Position numbers and translations under genes: made by a program. Source: a virus (taxonomy: Duplodnaviria; Caudoviricetes). From it: 58,017 bases of DNA. Position 1 is the stretch's first letter. Every line of letters begins with the position of its first letter. Below the pieces are notes generated by a model. That model did no database searches and was not told where the DNA came from. It was given only the letters and a program-made list of their open reading frames with translations. Shown piece by piece: positions 20,701-29,675 of the stretch. Location: positions 1 to 58,017 of IMG/VR virus record IMGVR_UViG_3300044993_000766, one strand, 5' to 3'.

Positions 20701-23700
20701 GAACAGCTTGTCCTTGGCGTCGGGGTGCGGGTAATCGTGGATGAAGGCGATTTCGTTCGCGGGCACGCCGCCGGCGATGAGCTTGGCGCGCAGATCGTCG
20801 TAGACGTTGAATCCTTCCGCGCCGCTCAGGCCCACGATGTCCTGCAAACTGAGGCTGTCGCCGGCCTCGGCATCGAACCCATTGGCGTCGTTGTAGTCGT
20901 CGATTTCGGCTTGGCTCAGTTCCTGCCCGGCTTCGCGCTCGGCCTCACGTTCGGCGATCCAGCGTTCGCGACGGGCGGGATCGCGCAGGGTCTCCTGCGC
21001 CCAGGCCAGACCCTTGTCACGGCCGCCGGGCAAGATGCGTCGCGCGCGACCGGTCGCCGCGTCGTAGACGGTCGTCGTCGCCCTGGCCGCGGCACCGCGC
21101 ACCACCAGCAGAAACGGCAGTTCCTCCGCGCCCGCGACCGTGTGCGCCGTGCCGCTCGCATGCGCCAGACTGCCATCGTCCTCGCGCACGTAGACGCGCT
21201 GCGGCTTGGTCGCGGCGCTGCGTCGAGCCGTATTGGGCACCGACAAGTCGCAGAACACCAACTGCGTGCCCTTGTCGGCATCCCATTGCCGATACAGCGC
21301 CAGCATGCGCTCCAGCGCCAGATTGATCTTCGAGCCGCGGAAGTCCGGCGCCGCCGGGTCGATCAGCCGATAGTCCAGTCCTGCCTTGTTGGCCTGCCCG
21401 GTCAGGGAGAGCGCATTGACCCGGCCCTTGGTCTGCCGGGTCAACTCGCGGATGCGGGCGAAGCGGCCCAGGATCGACTCCGGGTTGAGGTCGATCTTGG
21501 GAGTCAGGGCCGCTTCCACGATGCCCATCTGGGCGTCCTCGCGCGTCGGATAGACCGCCAGGGCGCGCGGGTAGGCTTCGCCGGGCACCTCGATCTTGAC
21601 CCGGAAGCGGCCGTCTTCGGCCTCCTCGATCGTCGCCGTTTCGCCGCGCCCAGGATTGAAACCGAACACCACGCCGCCGCCCTCACTGCGCGCCAGATGC
21701 GGGACACCCATGAACTCGGCCACCTGTGGCGAGCGTTCGGCCACCACGATCTGCGGGCGGCCACCCAGCAGGTTCGGAACCGGGAAGCGCCCGCCCTTGG
21801 CCGCTTCCTGGGCCTTGAGGTCGTCCAGCGTCACCACGTCCGCGAACGCGCGGTAGTCGGCCATCAGTGACGGCAGGTTCTGGAACTTCGCAAAGCGGGT
21901 CGAAGCACGGAAGCCGGCGCCGGAGGGCGCGACCTCGTACACGTTCTCGATGCTGCCGTACTGCCGCGCCCAGGCATCGAAGACGTGCAAGTCCTTGCGC
22001 TTGAGCGTCGGGTATTGCATGTACCGCTGGAGGTTGAACATTTCGACCAGCGAATTGCTGACCGGCGTACCCGTGGCTGTCACCAGCGGCGCCTTGTCGC
22101 CCAGCGTCCCGAACAGCCACTGCGTCTTGACGAACAGATCGAACGCGCGATCGGAGCCGTTCGGATTGCCCATGCCGGGCACGCGCGACATCGCCGTGGT
22201 GTAAAACAGGTTCTTGAATTCATGAAGTTCATCGACGAACAGGGCATCGACGCCCAACTCGTCGAAGGTCAGCACGCCGTCGCGTTGGCCGATGTTCGCC
22301 AGCTTCTGCTTGACCTTGGCCTCCAAGCGTGCGCGGATGCCCTCCATGTCGCGCACGATGCCGCGGTCGCCGCGCTCGCGCTTCATCTGTTCGATGAGGC
22401 TGGCGATCTCGTCGATCTGTTCGGTCAGGATGCGGGTCTCGGTCTCGGCCGGCAGCCCGATCTTCTTCAGCGAGGAATGGCCGACGATGATCGCGTCCCA
22501 ATCGCCGGTCACGATGCGGGAAAACAGCTTCTTGCGGTTCTCCCGCGTGAAATCGTCCGGTTCCGCCGCCAGCACCACGGCCCCCGGATACAGCCGGGCG
22601 AATTCGGTGCGCCACTGCACGGTCAGATGATTGGGCACGGCGAACAGCGGCTTGCGCGCGACACCGAGCCGTCGCATTTCCATCGCGATCGCGACCATCT
22701 GGAAGGTCTTGCCGGCACCGACGACATGATCGAGCAGCAGTTGACGCGATTGCAGGCCACGCCACACCCCGTTCTGCTGGTGCGCGAGCAGGGTCAGGCC
22801 GGGACTCATGCCCGGCAGGGTCAGATGACTGCCGTCGTAGCGCCGCTCGACGGTGCGGTTCATCTTGTCGTTGTAGAGCGCAAGCAGGCGCTCGGCCCGC
22901 TCGGGGTCGCGCCAAACCCAGGCCCGCCATTCGGCCCGCAGCGCGTTCTGTTTCTCGCGGGCGCGTTCGGTTTCGGCTTCCAGCACAATGCGTTCGATCT
23001 TGCCGTCGCCATGTTTGATCGTCTTGGTCACGACCACCGCGCGCCCGGCGAGGGTCGCCTGGAAAATCTCGGTCGCGCCCATCTCCTTCGTGCCCCAGGT
23101 CGAGGCATTCAGTACCCGATCCGGTTCGCCGACGACGTTCACCAGCCACAGGCCCGACCCGCGCACATAGGTCATGCGCGCGTTCGCGCCCGTCACCTCC
23201 CGATGGAAAGCTTGCAGATCCTCTGCCGGCAGGAACGGAGCGCCGAGCGCGATGGTGATCTCGCTGGGCGTCTTGTCGCGCGGAATGACCTTGGACAACG
23301 CCCCGACGTTGCGGGCGAAGCGCGGATCGCGCCGGGCCGCGTCCTTGGCTTCGACGAGCTTGGTTTTCACATCGCCCGACAGGTAGTCGTCGGCCGTGAC
23401 CAGATTGCCGTCCGGCGTTTCGTACACCAGCGGGCCGAGTTCCTTGACGAGCGCGGTACTGTCCTTGCCGTAGACCTCGGTCATGTAGTCCAGGTCCAGA
23501 CGGCCACGGTAGTTCAGGCTGGCGAGGTAGGCGTCGCGCGCACTGTGGACGGTCACGAAATCCGACGGCGGGAACAGCACGCGACGACGGAAGATATCGG
23601 CTTTCGTCGCCTTCGGGGCGCGCGGCTCGATGCCCTCGCGCTTGGCGACGGTCTCGCTCACGCCGGCGTCGTAGTCGAACTCCAGTGCCAGAAGCAGGCT

Positions 23701-26700
23701 GGCGTCCGGGTCGTCGAAGAACAGGCTACGGTTGGTCCGCGATGCGCTGAGGTGGCCGTATCGCTTGAGGAAGGCGTCATAGCGATCGTTGAGCAGACGA
23801 CGGTTGGCCTCGATCTGCGCCTCGCTCGCGTCCGCGGCGCGTTCCAGGCGCATCTGCTGGCGCAGCACGTCGCGAATCTCGATCATGCCGCGCATGCGCG
23901 CCTCGGCGGTCGCACCGGGCGCCGTCCACGGCGCCGCTTGCGGCTCGCCCATCCGGTCCTCGCCCCGGATCATGATCCGCCCCTCGGCGTCGATGAAGTA
24001 GGCGCCGACCTTCACCCCCTCGGGCACCGCACTGGCGGTCATCGCCTCGGTGCGGTCGATCGGGCTGTAGATGCCCTCCGGCAACGTCCGCGCCCATGCC
24101 GTCAGTTGCGCGGCCAGATCGCCGGAAGGGGCGACGGTGTAGTCGTTGGCCCGGTACATGGTGCCGCCGGCCGTCTGCGTGCCGAGGATATGATCCGGGT
24201 GATCGACGTACCAGGGGTTGATGCGGAAGGAGAACGTCTCGCCCGTGGTCGGGTGTTCTAGCGTCTGTTCGACGGTCTGCACCCAGCGCAGGCGCGCGGC
24301 CCGCGTGTCGTCGCTCGGCGGGTCGGTGTCCGGGGCGCGCTTCTGGAGCACGATGATATCGGTCACGACCTCGGTGCCGGCGTTCTCGGCGAACGCGGTG
24401 TCGGGCAGGCGCGCGGCGGCGATCAGATCCGCCCGCTCCGCGATCCACTGCCGCACGCGACTGTCTTTGGCGTCCAGAAACTGACGCGACACCACCATCA
24501 TCAGCACGCCGCCCGGCCGTAGCTTGTCGATCGACTTGGCGAAGAAGTAGTTGTGGATGCTGAAGCCCGAATACGGGCTGCGCTCAGAATCGACGATGGG
24601 TTCGCTACCGAAGGGCGGATTGCCGATCGCCACGTCGAAAAATTCGCTCGGGACCGCCACGTCCTGAAACCCGCTCTGGCGAATGTGCGCTTTCGGATAG
24701 AGCGCGGCGGCGATTTGCTGGGTCAGCGGATCGAGTTCGACGCCGTAGAGCGTGGAAGCGTTCCGCAGCTTCGCCGGCATCCCGCCGAAGAAATGGCCAA
24801 TGCCGACCGCCGGTTCCAGAATGCGCCCGCGGGTGACGCCCAGACGCACCAGTGCGGAGTACATGCCGTCGATCACGGGCTTGCTGGTGTAGTGGGCGTT
24901 GAGCGTGGACGCGCGCGCCGCGCGCCATTCGGCATCCGTCAGCAGGCCCTGAAGCTCGGCGCGGACTTTCGCCCATTGGGCATTGGCCGGATCGAAGACG
25001 CCCTTCAGCGCACCCCAACCGACGTAGCGCGCGAGTTGGCGACGCTCTTCCGGCGACGCCGGCCGCTGTTCGGCGGCCATCGCCTTGACGATGCGGATCG
25101 CAGCGAGATTGTCCCGCGCCTTGCGCGCGAGCCCGCCTTTGCCCAGATCGTCGGCCAAGCCCTCGACGGCCTGCTCGGCTGTATCCACTTCCGTCGCGGT
25201 GGCGGCGACAACGCCGGCCTCTGGCCCCGCGGCAGGCTCGGCCTGCGGCGACGCGGTCTCGGCCACAACGGAAGAGGCCGCAGGATCGTCGATCGCTGCG
25301 GCCTCTTGGGTCAGGCGCTCTCGCTGCCCGGTTCGGGCGGAGGGGGATCGTCGTCGTCGGTCGTTGGTGGCTCCAGCGACAACTCCCACACCTGCGCCTT
25401 CTCCCAGCTCGACAGATGATTCAGGCTCGTATCGGCCTTCGCCCGTTCCTCCTCGGCGGTCTGGTTCGCCAGCGCCTCCAGGTAGTATCCCGACCGGATC
25501 AGTTTCTGCACCCGCTTGGGCCAACCCAGCATCCAGCGGTTCGCGACCTCGCGCGCGGTCGGCGACATCGCCAGCAGTTTCGCGCGCACGTCGGGGGGAT
25601 AAAGTTTCGGTTTGACCAGTTCCTGCATCGGTGGTGTCCTCCGGGTTGGCCTCGTCCGATCGCGCAGCTCGCGCTTGTGGGAAGGTCGTAGTGTCAGTTT
25701 GCGTCGAAGCGCCGCCAGACGGAAGCGGCTCGGACGCGCGCGAGGGGCTCGCTGCGATCTGAATATCCGCCCACAGGCGGTTGGTGCTGCTGGAGAAGGT
25801 GACGATGCCACCATCCACTGCATAGCGCGCGCCGAACCGACCACCGCTGTTGACCGCGCCAGCCCGCTCGAACGCCGAGCGAAGCGCACCCAGCGCGTTT
25901 TCCACCTCGGTGACGTGGCTGAAGGTTGCCGGAAACGCCACCCGCCCCGGCTGACCGGAACGTACCTGAGCCACTAGATCGTCCACGAATGCGGCCAGGA
26001 TCGTGTCGTTGCCGCTTGGCGAAGGCGCGTCGCGCATCGCCCGCGATGCGTCCAATGGCGTCACCGCGTCGCGCCTCTCCATCGCGACAGGTGCTTCCTC
26101 TATGCCCGCAGCGCGGGCCGCCGAGGCTTCGATCTGCGGCTCGATCTTCGTCCATCGCTCCGACCACGGCACCTCACGGCGCTGCTCGATTTTGCCCTTA
26201 TGACTGACGGTGATCGTGGTATTGGGGTCCAAGCGCACCCAAGGGAAACCGGATTTCTCGTAGAGAGTGCCGCGCGCAGTCTCGGAGGTGCCCAGCAGTA
26301 GCGACATGGAGGTCGCCTGTACCCGATCGCCGATCGCGAGGCCCGCAGCAGCTAGCGCCTGCATCCGGCGTCCACGATGCCCGTCATTGGAGGCGTCGGC
26401 CAGTCGTTTGAGAATCGGAAATAGTCGGCCGTACTCTTGGGTCGCACGGTATCGTTTCAAACCGCCAAAGGCCCGCGCACGCTTCTCCTGCCACTGCCGC
26501 GCATCTGCATAGCTGGCGAAATCGGGGAAGGTTTCCACAGGCGCACGCTGTTCCGCCTCGCGCCGGGCGCGACGTTCGGCGTCGCGGGCCAGTTCTGTCG
26601 CGCGATCTGTGCCAGCCCAGCGAAAGATCGCGTCCTCCGTCGCGCCGCGTCCACGCGGCAGCCGGATACCGGTCGCCGCAGTGAACACTGCGCGACTGGC

Positions 26701-28920
26701 CGGATTCGCCTTCGCATCGCCCAGGTTGCGCGCGACCAAGCCACGCCCATTGCGGCGCTCGATCAAGTCGATCAGCTCATCTGCACTGCGGACGTAGAAC
26801 GCGCTATCCGGGTCGGTCACGTTCGGGAATTTCCGGCGCATGGTGTCGAGGAACACCGAATGTAACTCCGCGCGGTCCAGCGCCTCGACGGAACGAGGCG
26901 CATCGGGAGTTTCGTCATTGATTGCGCCTTCGGCCGTGGCGGCTGTGGTCACATCCGGTGGCGACACGGTGCCAGCCTCGCCAGCCCGTATTGCGCGCAG
27001 GGCTGCCGCCTCGGTATCGATGGCGTCAAGCTGTACCGCTGCCTGACGCGCTTGCGCAATCTGCGCCAGCATGCGCATATTGGCAACCTGCTCGGCAGGA
27101 TCGACCATGCCGGGCGCACGGTCCTTAGTCGCCTGCGCCTTCCGCTGCTCCCGTACACGGTCGATCAACGGATTCATCCGTGCGGCAGGCAGGCCTGGGT
27201 AACGAGTTTCGACGAAACGTCGCACGTCCCCGCGCGTCGGGCGCGGCTCGGCCTTCCAGTCGTTGAGGAAAGCGTGAATCGCAGCCATTACCGCCTCCGG
27301 CTCGGGCGGCGGAGTCAGGACTTCTCCGGTTTCTGGGTCGATGCCTTCCGGCACGGCCGCAGAGACAGGCGGGATCTGCGATGTTGCGCGCGAACTGGGT
27401 GTGGCCCCAACAGCAACATCCGTGCGCAGCGCGTGATCGCGTGCAGCCGCGCGTACATCCGGGCTCTGCCCGGTCGCCTCCAGGTTCCGTGCCAGTCGCA
27501 AGTCGGCCGCACGTTGTGCGTTCTGCTGCGAAGGCGTCGAGGCCACGCCCTCTGGCGTCACCAGAACCGGCGCACGCGGATCAACCGTGCCGAAACCCGG
27601 CTGGCCATCAGGGGCAGGCAACGCGAGCGGAGCAGGCGGCACCTCTGGTATCGGCCGGTTCGGAATGCCGCCCAATGCGCCATACACGCCACCGCCGATC
27701 GCGCCCGCCGCGAAGCTGTCCAGGTACTCCGTCAGCGCCTCGCCATCGGTCAGCGACTGCGCCGCACCAAAGCGCTGCGCGGCCTGCTGGACCGCTTCGG
27801 TCGTGCCCTCGGTCAGCGCATTCTTGCCGAATGCCGTGGTCATCCTCCGCGCGAGTCCACCCGTGCCGCCGACACCTTTCAGCAACGTATCGGCCAACAC
27901 CTTGTCGCCGAAGGTCTCCGCCGCCCCGTAAATCGCACCGCCCGCCAGCACGCGCGCGAGGTCGATTTCCCCGCCGGTCTCTTGCGTTTCGCCGTAAGCC
28001 GCGTTGTAAGTGTCGCCGAACCCGCGAGCCGTCGCGCCTGCCGCCAGCGCGGTCACGCTGCCGATCTCCCGCTGCAACGTGCGAGTCAGGAATTGCTGCC
28101 CCAGTGCCGCCGCTTCGCGTTTTGCGATGTCTTCCGCCGTGCCGGCGGCGATGCGCTTCGCCGCGTGTTCGGCGACCAGCGCCGCGGTGCGTTCACGCAG
28201 TTCCTTCTTGATCGCGGTCTTGCCGAGCAGGCCCGCAATCGCGCCTGTGATGTTGCCGAGGACCGGCACCTCTGAACCTGCCGCCGCACCGGCAGCAGCC
28301 GTGATGAGCGATTCGACGACGCTCGGCAGCATCTGACCCACATTGTACTGTGCCCAGTCGAACAAGTTACCGGTGGTGTCCAGCACACCTTCGCCGCTGC
28401 CCCACGCGCTGCTGAGGCTGTCGGTCGGGCGGGCTGTCGCGCCTATTTCCCGATTGAGCGCCTGGGCGCGCTCCGCCCAGCCGTGCGCGGTGTCATCGGC
28501 CCCAAACAGATCGGCAGCCAGCGCCCCAAGACCGTAGACCGAGGCTTTTGTGCCGGGCCAGTAACTTTTCACGCCGCGCACGAAATCGCCGTCATCGCTG
28601 GCCGTCACATGCGAAGGCGAAGGGTCTGGATTGCTCGCTCGAAACGCCGCTTCCATTTGTGCCAGATCGGTACCTGTCAAGCGCGCAACTTCCGGCAGTG
28701 CGAGCGTCACGTACTCGTTGCGGATTGCACGCTGCCGTTCCGGTGGCGCGGTGTCGTAGCCAGTGCGCGCCCGCACCTTGCCCCAGTGATACTTGTCGAT
28801 CACCTCAGGGGTGAAGGTCGGCGCCTGCGGCTTGTTCGCGCCATAGGCGATGTTCATCCAGTCGGGCACCGCCGGATTCCAGGTGCGCGGCGCGAGTGGG
28901 TTGTAGGGATCGGTCGCCAT
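14746..28920 (-). CDS. darB: Giant DarB-like polyvalent virion/ejection protein: N6-adenine methyltransferase, SNF2 helicase, zincin-like HExxxH, PLxRFG and C-terminal LPD-type domains
   Basis: ILEPAVGIG and GNPPF methyltransferase motifs; HVVGAGKT, DELH, ATGTP, GTNVQ, EQREGR helicase motifs; HEAIGHYG; EEIQSDW; YFPLQRYG. Confidence 0.88.
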   Translation of the reverse strand: MATDPYNPLAPRTWNPAVPDWMNIAYGANKPQAPTFTPEVIDKYHWGKVRARTGYDTAPPERQRAIRNEYVTLALPEVARLTGTDLAQMEAAFRASNPDPSPSHVTASDDGDFVRGVKSYWPGTKASVYGLGALAADLFGADDTAHGWAERAQALNREIGATARPTDSLSSAWGSGEGVLDTTGNLFDWAQYNVGQMLPSVVESLITAAAGAAAGSEVPVLGNITGAIAGLLGKTAIKKELRERTAALVAEHAAKRIAAGTAEDIAKREAAALGQQFLTRTLQREIGSVTALAAGATARGFGDTYNAAYGETQETGGEIDLARVLAGGAIYGAAETFGDKVLADTLLKGVGGTGGLARRMTTAFGKNALTEGTTEAVQQAAQRFGAAQSLTDGEALTEYLDSFAAGAIGGGVYGALGGIPNRPIPEVPPAPLALPAPDGQPGFGTVDPRAPVLVTPEGVASTPSQQNAQRAADLRLARNLEATGQSPDVRAAARDHALRTDVAVGATPSSRATSQIPPVSAAVPEGIDPETGEVLTPPPEPEAVMAAIHAFLNDWKAEPRPTRGDVRRFVETRYPGLPAARMNPLIDRVREQRKAQATKDRAPGMVDPAEQVANMRMLAQIAQARQAAVQLDAIDTEAAALRAIRAGEAGTVSPPDVTTAATAEGAINDETPDAPRSVEALDRAELHSVFLDTMRRKFPNVTDPDSAFYVRSADELIDLIERRNGRGLVARNLGDAKANPASRAVFTAATGIRLPRGRGATEDAIFRWAGTDRATELARDAERRARREAEQRAPVETFPDFASYADARQWQEKRARAFGGLKRYRATQEYGRLFPILKRLADASNDGHRGRRMQALAAAGLAIGDRVQATSMSLLLGTSETARGTLYEKSGFPWVRLDPNTTITVSHKGKIEQRREVPWSERWTKIEPQIEASAARAAGIEEAPVAMERRDAVTPLDASRAMRDAPSPSGNDTILAAFVDDLVAQVRSGQPGRVAFPATFSHVTEVENALGALRSAFERAGAVNSGGRFGARYAVDGGIVTFSSSTNRLWADIQIAASPSRASEPLPSGGASTQTDTTTFPQARAARSDEANPEDTTDAGTGQTETLSPRRARETAGDVADRARGREPLDAGLAQAGAETDPVGILPGGAGEPDRRGGTGEGRYEPESSVELGEGAGVGVVAGATNDRRRRSPSARTGQRERLTQEAAAIDDPAASSVVAETASPQAEPAAGPEAGVVAATATEVDTAEQAVEGLADDLGKGGLARKARDNLAAIRIVKAMAAEQRPASPEERRQLARYVGWGALKGVFDPANAQWAKVRAELQGLLTDAEWRAARASTLNAHYTSKPVIDGMYSALVRLGVTRGRILEPAVGIGHFFGGMPAKLRNASTLYGVELDPLTQQIAAALYPKAHIRQSGFQDVAVPSEFFDVAIGNPPFGSEPIVDSERSPYSGFSIHNYFFAKSIDKLRPGGVLMMVVSRQFLDAKDSRVRQWIAERADLIAAARLPDTAFAENAGTEVVTDIIVLQKRAPDTDPPSDDTRAARLRWVQTVEQTLEHPTTGETFSFRINPWYVDHPDHILGTQTAGGTMYRANDYTVAPSGDLAAQLTAWARTLPEGIYSPIDRTEAMTASAVPEGVKVGAYFIDAEGRIMIRGEDRMGEPQAAPWTAPGATAEARMRGMIEIRDVLRQQMRLERAADASEAQIEANRRLLNDRYDAFLKRYGHLSASRTNRSLFFDDPDASLLLALEFDYDAGVSETVAKREGIEPRAPKATKADIFRRRVLFPPSDFVTVHSARDAYLASLNYRGRLDLDYMTEVYGKDSTALVKELGPLVYETPDGNLVTADDYLSGDVKTKLVEAKDAARRDPRFARNVGALSKVIPRDKTPSEITIALGAPFLPAEDLQAFHREVTGANARMTYVRGSGLWLVNVVGEPDRVLNASTWGTKEMGATEIFQATLAGRAVVVTKTIKHGDGKIERIVLEAETERAREKQNALRAEWRAWVWRDPERAERLLALYNDKMNRTVERRYDGSHLTLPGMSPGLTLLAHQQNGVWRGLQSRQLLLDHVVGAGKTFQMVAIAMEMRRLGVARKPLFAVPNHLTVQWRTEFARLYPGAVVLAAEPDDFTRENRKKLFSRIVTGDWDAIIVGHSSLKKIGLPAETETRILTEQIDEIASLIEQMKRERGDRGIVRDMEGIRARLEAKVKQKLANIGQRDGVLTFDELGVDALFVDELHEFKNLFYTTAMSRVPGMGNPNGSDRAFDLFVKTQWLFGTLGDKAPLVTATGTPVSNSLVEMFNLQRYMQYPTLKRKDLHVFDAWARQYGSIENVYEVAPSGAGFRASTRFAKFQNLPSLMADYRAFADVVTLDDLKAQEAAKGGRFPVPNLLGGRPQIVVAERSPQVAEFMGVPHLARSEGGGVVFGFNPGRGETATIEEAEDGRFRVKIEVPGEAYPRALAVYPTREDAQMGIVEAALTPKIDLNPESILGRFARIRELTRQTKGRVNALSLTGQANKAGLDYRLIDPAAPDFRGSKINLALERMLALYRQWDADKGTQLVFCDLSVPNTARRSAATKPQRVYVREDDGSLAHASGTAHTVAGAEELPFLLVVRGAAARATTTVYDAATGRARRILPGGRDKGLAWAQETLRDPARRERWIAEREAEREAGQELSQAEIDDYNDANGFDAEAGDSLSLQDIVGLSGAEGFNVYDDLRAKLIAGGVPANEIAFIHDYPHPDAKDKLFKRVKSGEVRFLFGSTAKMGAGTNVQDRIVGLHHIDAPWKPSDLEQREGRAIRRGNQLYERDPDGFEVAIYRYATRQTYDTRRWQLLEHKARGIEQLRKYDGQQTEIEDIDGEAANAAEMKAAASGDPLILRETQLRHDVRRLEQLELAHADNQTALQRQARTAEQYAAMGGPRYLKALREVQAQVKQHPLPEDKEAVPGGTTLDGARFGERKALTQTIARRVGALIGPSDAASPVELAYRGVTFEIDRVHAQWVRVSSDLGEVTSYERGAQTFSATGLLTRLNNYIDRIGAEIVDTEARIENARGEAERFRAEAAKPFEQTQALREAREQYRRVQRLLLVRGPEIPEHERPMLDAALEAQRSALREAGFSDALDELLDYQQQRDDDAGAFSKRRNPAAAGASVAQVQRVVDEMLVDWKGAPVVRVVATPDYLPASARRAPDVHLAEGYYARSTGTVYLVASALPNRRAVQRVLIHEAIGHYGIETIVGPAQWAQIAEGVHRLREKGRYRDLFAEHARRGYLDNGWDSTAIAEFIAILAERGVKDSVLDRVVAAVRAFLRKLGVRWTLSEAELRQLVMRAARQVRLGGSERALSLKESMAPAFSRVEGFRSALLQALERAQGAPRRGTAEQWQQWLDGVQRRGGFKQAERDWLDVDVWLTTRESVTGEARITREALTDFVRTHQVRIGEQQIGGDVARYDAALDRLQAAGFEIETLPSYGVALMRDGQEVDERTLTESQRHDLETLSAGIETTAPFVSAEGRYASYQMEGGREYRELLLTFPVQPSSRNPDEPFHSEHYPSVKNVLVHIRYNEREDVDGKRMLFIEEIQSDWHQHGRRYGYRPSADRNVAPDAPFKSTEDWTLLAIKRMVRMAAERGFQRIGWTTGAQQTSRYSRGEQVDAIDYMPMPSGAFRVAGLKQGDVVREMEVPANLLSSLLGAKVAARVRAGEGDLSPRGSSRGTPLRRLDALSLHLGDAGMGGYYDGILPAVVNRWARPLGGQAKTAQIRPRFRSPPLDVHALDITPAMRTAVAEGLPMFSRRAPEGFLADVDAVVRQDEDASRLDRVRQWLRDSTPAKLKDASRSVWLGALATNHLTELGSDYDPAIAGFSRQLDAMSADRNALLEEGADLAESVRRWAGRHKAEAKRLFDLMHRATLEGVDPAEAYQVLQFRYGGQLHDANRKNIREALKALREQMLGRSADNKIDMMEEARRLRGMPGREESRKRIYPTLRAQWQALSPEAQGFYRQMRNLYRDRSQQVEDALAQRIEASEAPDGLKRKLVFSIRQQFETHRLQGVYFPLQRYGEYFIAAERDGEPVFLMLDSPAALERREAAFKARGFAVKARGRLRGAQAKDAPSGSFVADVIEQLRKAGVSEKTQDAIYQTYLQTLPELSMRKHAIHRQGVAGFDPDALRAFAHNMAHGAHQLARLRYGHVLERTLADLREAQDIRRREPDTDTRAVVAMDAILGELDQRHQWVLNPQDSAMTNRLSSIGFVYFLGVTPAAALVNLTQTAVLTFPQLASQFGPANAMRHLMRAMNDSARTAGHAQKVLKRPDEVKAHAALQQAGVLDKTQTHALMGLAEGGLATYNPKLARAMELIGWLFHTAEVLNREASGMAAYRLARDAGQSFDAAVRFAADTITATHFNYSNANRARYLQSGPAKIVLMFKQYGLNMLWHLGRMGWKATRGDSPEVRRLARRNLAGVLVMSGFFSGAMGLPMASLSIGVIDAIAHAFGDEDDPWDTEAEIRKFLAQFLGEAGAEVAMNGAANTLTGADIASRVEMSQLLWRDADRELDGRDAYYAMMDNVAGPMFGIAKNFFVGTQLIAEGQVYRGVETMLPKALKDAMKALRYAEEGVTSTRGDLVTDTDFKDEFLQAIGFTPAEVARQYAVNRALKDRERHILDRRKALLAAYAMALRMDDQDAALEVRRKILAFNKAYPEKPITGQTIRRSLRAREAYSKRAENGVAYDAALRQRIAEEEGVGGE
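25311..25628 (-). CDS. Probable nested out-of-frame gene (105 aa) inside the giant ORF
   Basis: GGAGG RBS about 9 nt before ATG; globular-looking MQELVKPKLYPPDVRAKLL...ANRWMLGWPKRV; overlaps a low-complexity linker of the host ORF. Confidence 0.65.
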   Translation of the reverse strand: MQELVKPKLYPPDVRAKLLAMSPTAREVANRWMLGWPKRVQKLIRSGYYLEALANQTAEEERAKADTSLNHLSSWEKAQVWELSLEPPTTDDDDPPPPEPGSESA

Positions 28921-29675
28921 TAGCGCAGCATCCTGAGCAGGGTTTCGAGGGGCGTCGGGTCGTTCGCGGCATCGTGCGTCGTCGGCATCGGCGCAATCGG
29001 ATCGAAGGGCACCGTGTCGGGCGCGGGCGCTGCCGCCGTCTGCGCCTGACCCGGCAGGGCGTAGGCTGCCGAGGGCAGTGCGAACGGCAGCGCGGGCGAG
29101 GCGGCAGGACGCCAGACCGGGGTCGGCGTGGTGGCGGATGGTGTCGCCTGCGTCGCAGGCGCAAAGGGGGCATAGGCGGCGCGCTGCGCGGGCACGGCAG
29201 CCGATGCGAGCGCGGCTGCACCTCTACCGCGTCGGGCAAAGTCGGCCAGCACCTGGGCCTTGGTCTTGCCGTGCAGATGGGGGTTGGCGCGGTACGCCGC
29301 GCGCGTCACCAGCGACTGCATCGGCGTGTCGTCGGTGGCGCCAAGAATCTTGCGTGCGCCTGCCGCGCCGAAATGGTGCGCCAAGTACAGATTGCCCGGT
29401 GTGGCGGCGTAACCGGCGTGCGCCAATTGCTGCGCGCTGTCCTGGTCGTACAGCGCCACCATTTGATCCGAGAGCGCACCATCGCGGCGTTTGTCGAGGA
29501 TCTGCGCGGTCGTCAGCCCCTGCGCCCAGGCCGGTTGGTGGCGCTTGACGAGGCCCAGCCACGTCGAGGCCAAAAACTGATGCTTGCCCAGCGCGCCGGA
29601 GCGTGGGTTGTAGGCGTTGTCGTCGCCGCCGGATTCCAGGCGATTGCGAAACGCATCGTAGGCGGCATCGGTCAT
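28920..29675 (-). CDS. Virion-associated lytic transglycosylase-like protein
   Basis: LESGG, ALGKHQFL..TW and NLYLAHHFGAAGA lysozyme-fold motifs; Pro/Ala-rich tail; lies among ejection genes. Confidence 0.82.
   Translation of the reverse strand: MTDAAYDAFRNRLESGGDDNAYNPRSGALGKHQFLASTWLGLVKRHQPAWAQGLTTAQILDKRRDGALSDQMVALYDQDSAQQLAHAGYAATPGNLYLAHHFGAAGARKILGATDDTPMQSLVTRAAYRANPHLHGKTKAQVLADFARRGRGAAALASAAVPAQRAAYAPFAPATQATPSATTPTPVWRPAASPALPFALPSAAYALPGQAQTAAAPAPDTVPFDPIAPMPTTHDAANDPTPLETLLRMLR

Noticed and set aside
15004-28923. Long plus-strand ORFs opposite the giant gene (e.g. 15823-17850, 20449-21870, 21985-24261)
   Set aside because: Antisense shadows typical of high-GC coding DNA; no motifs or RBS
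28920-29675. Calling this gene the endolysin
   Set aside because: Coupled between ejection genes with no adjacent holin or spanin; better explained as virion-associated
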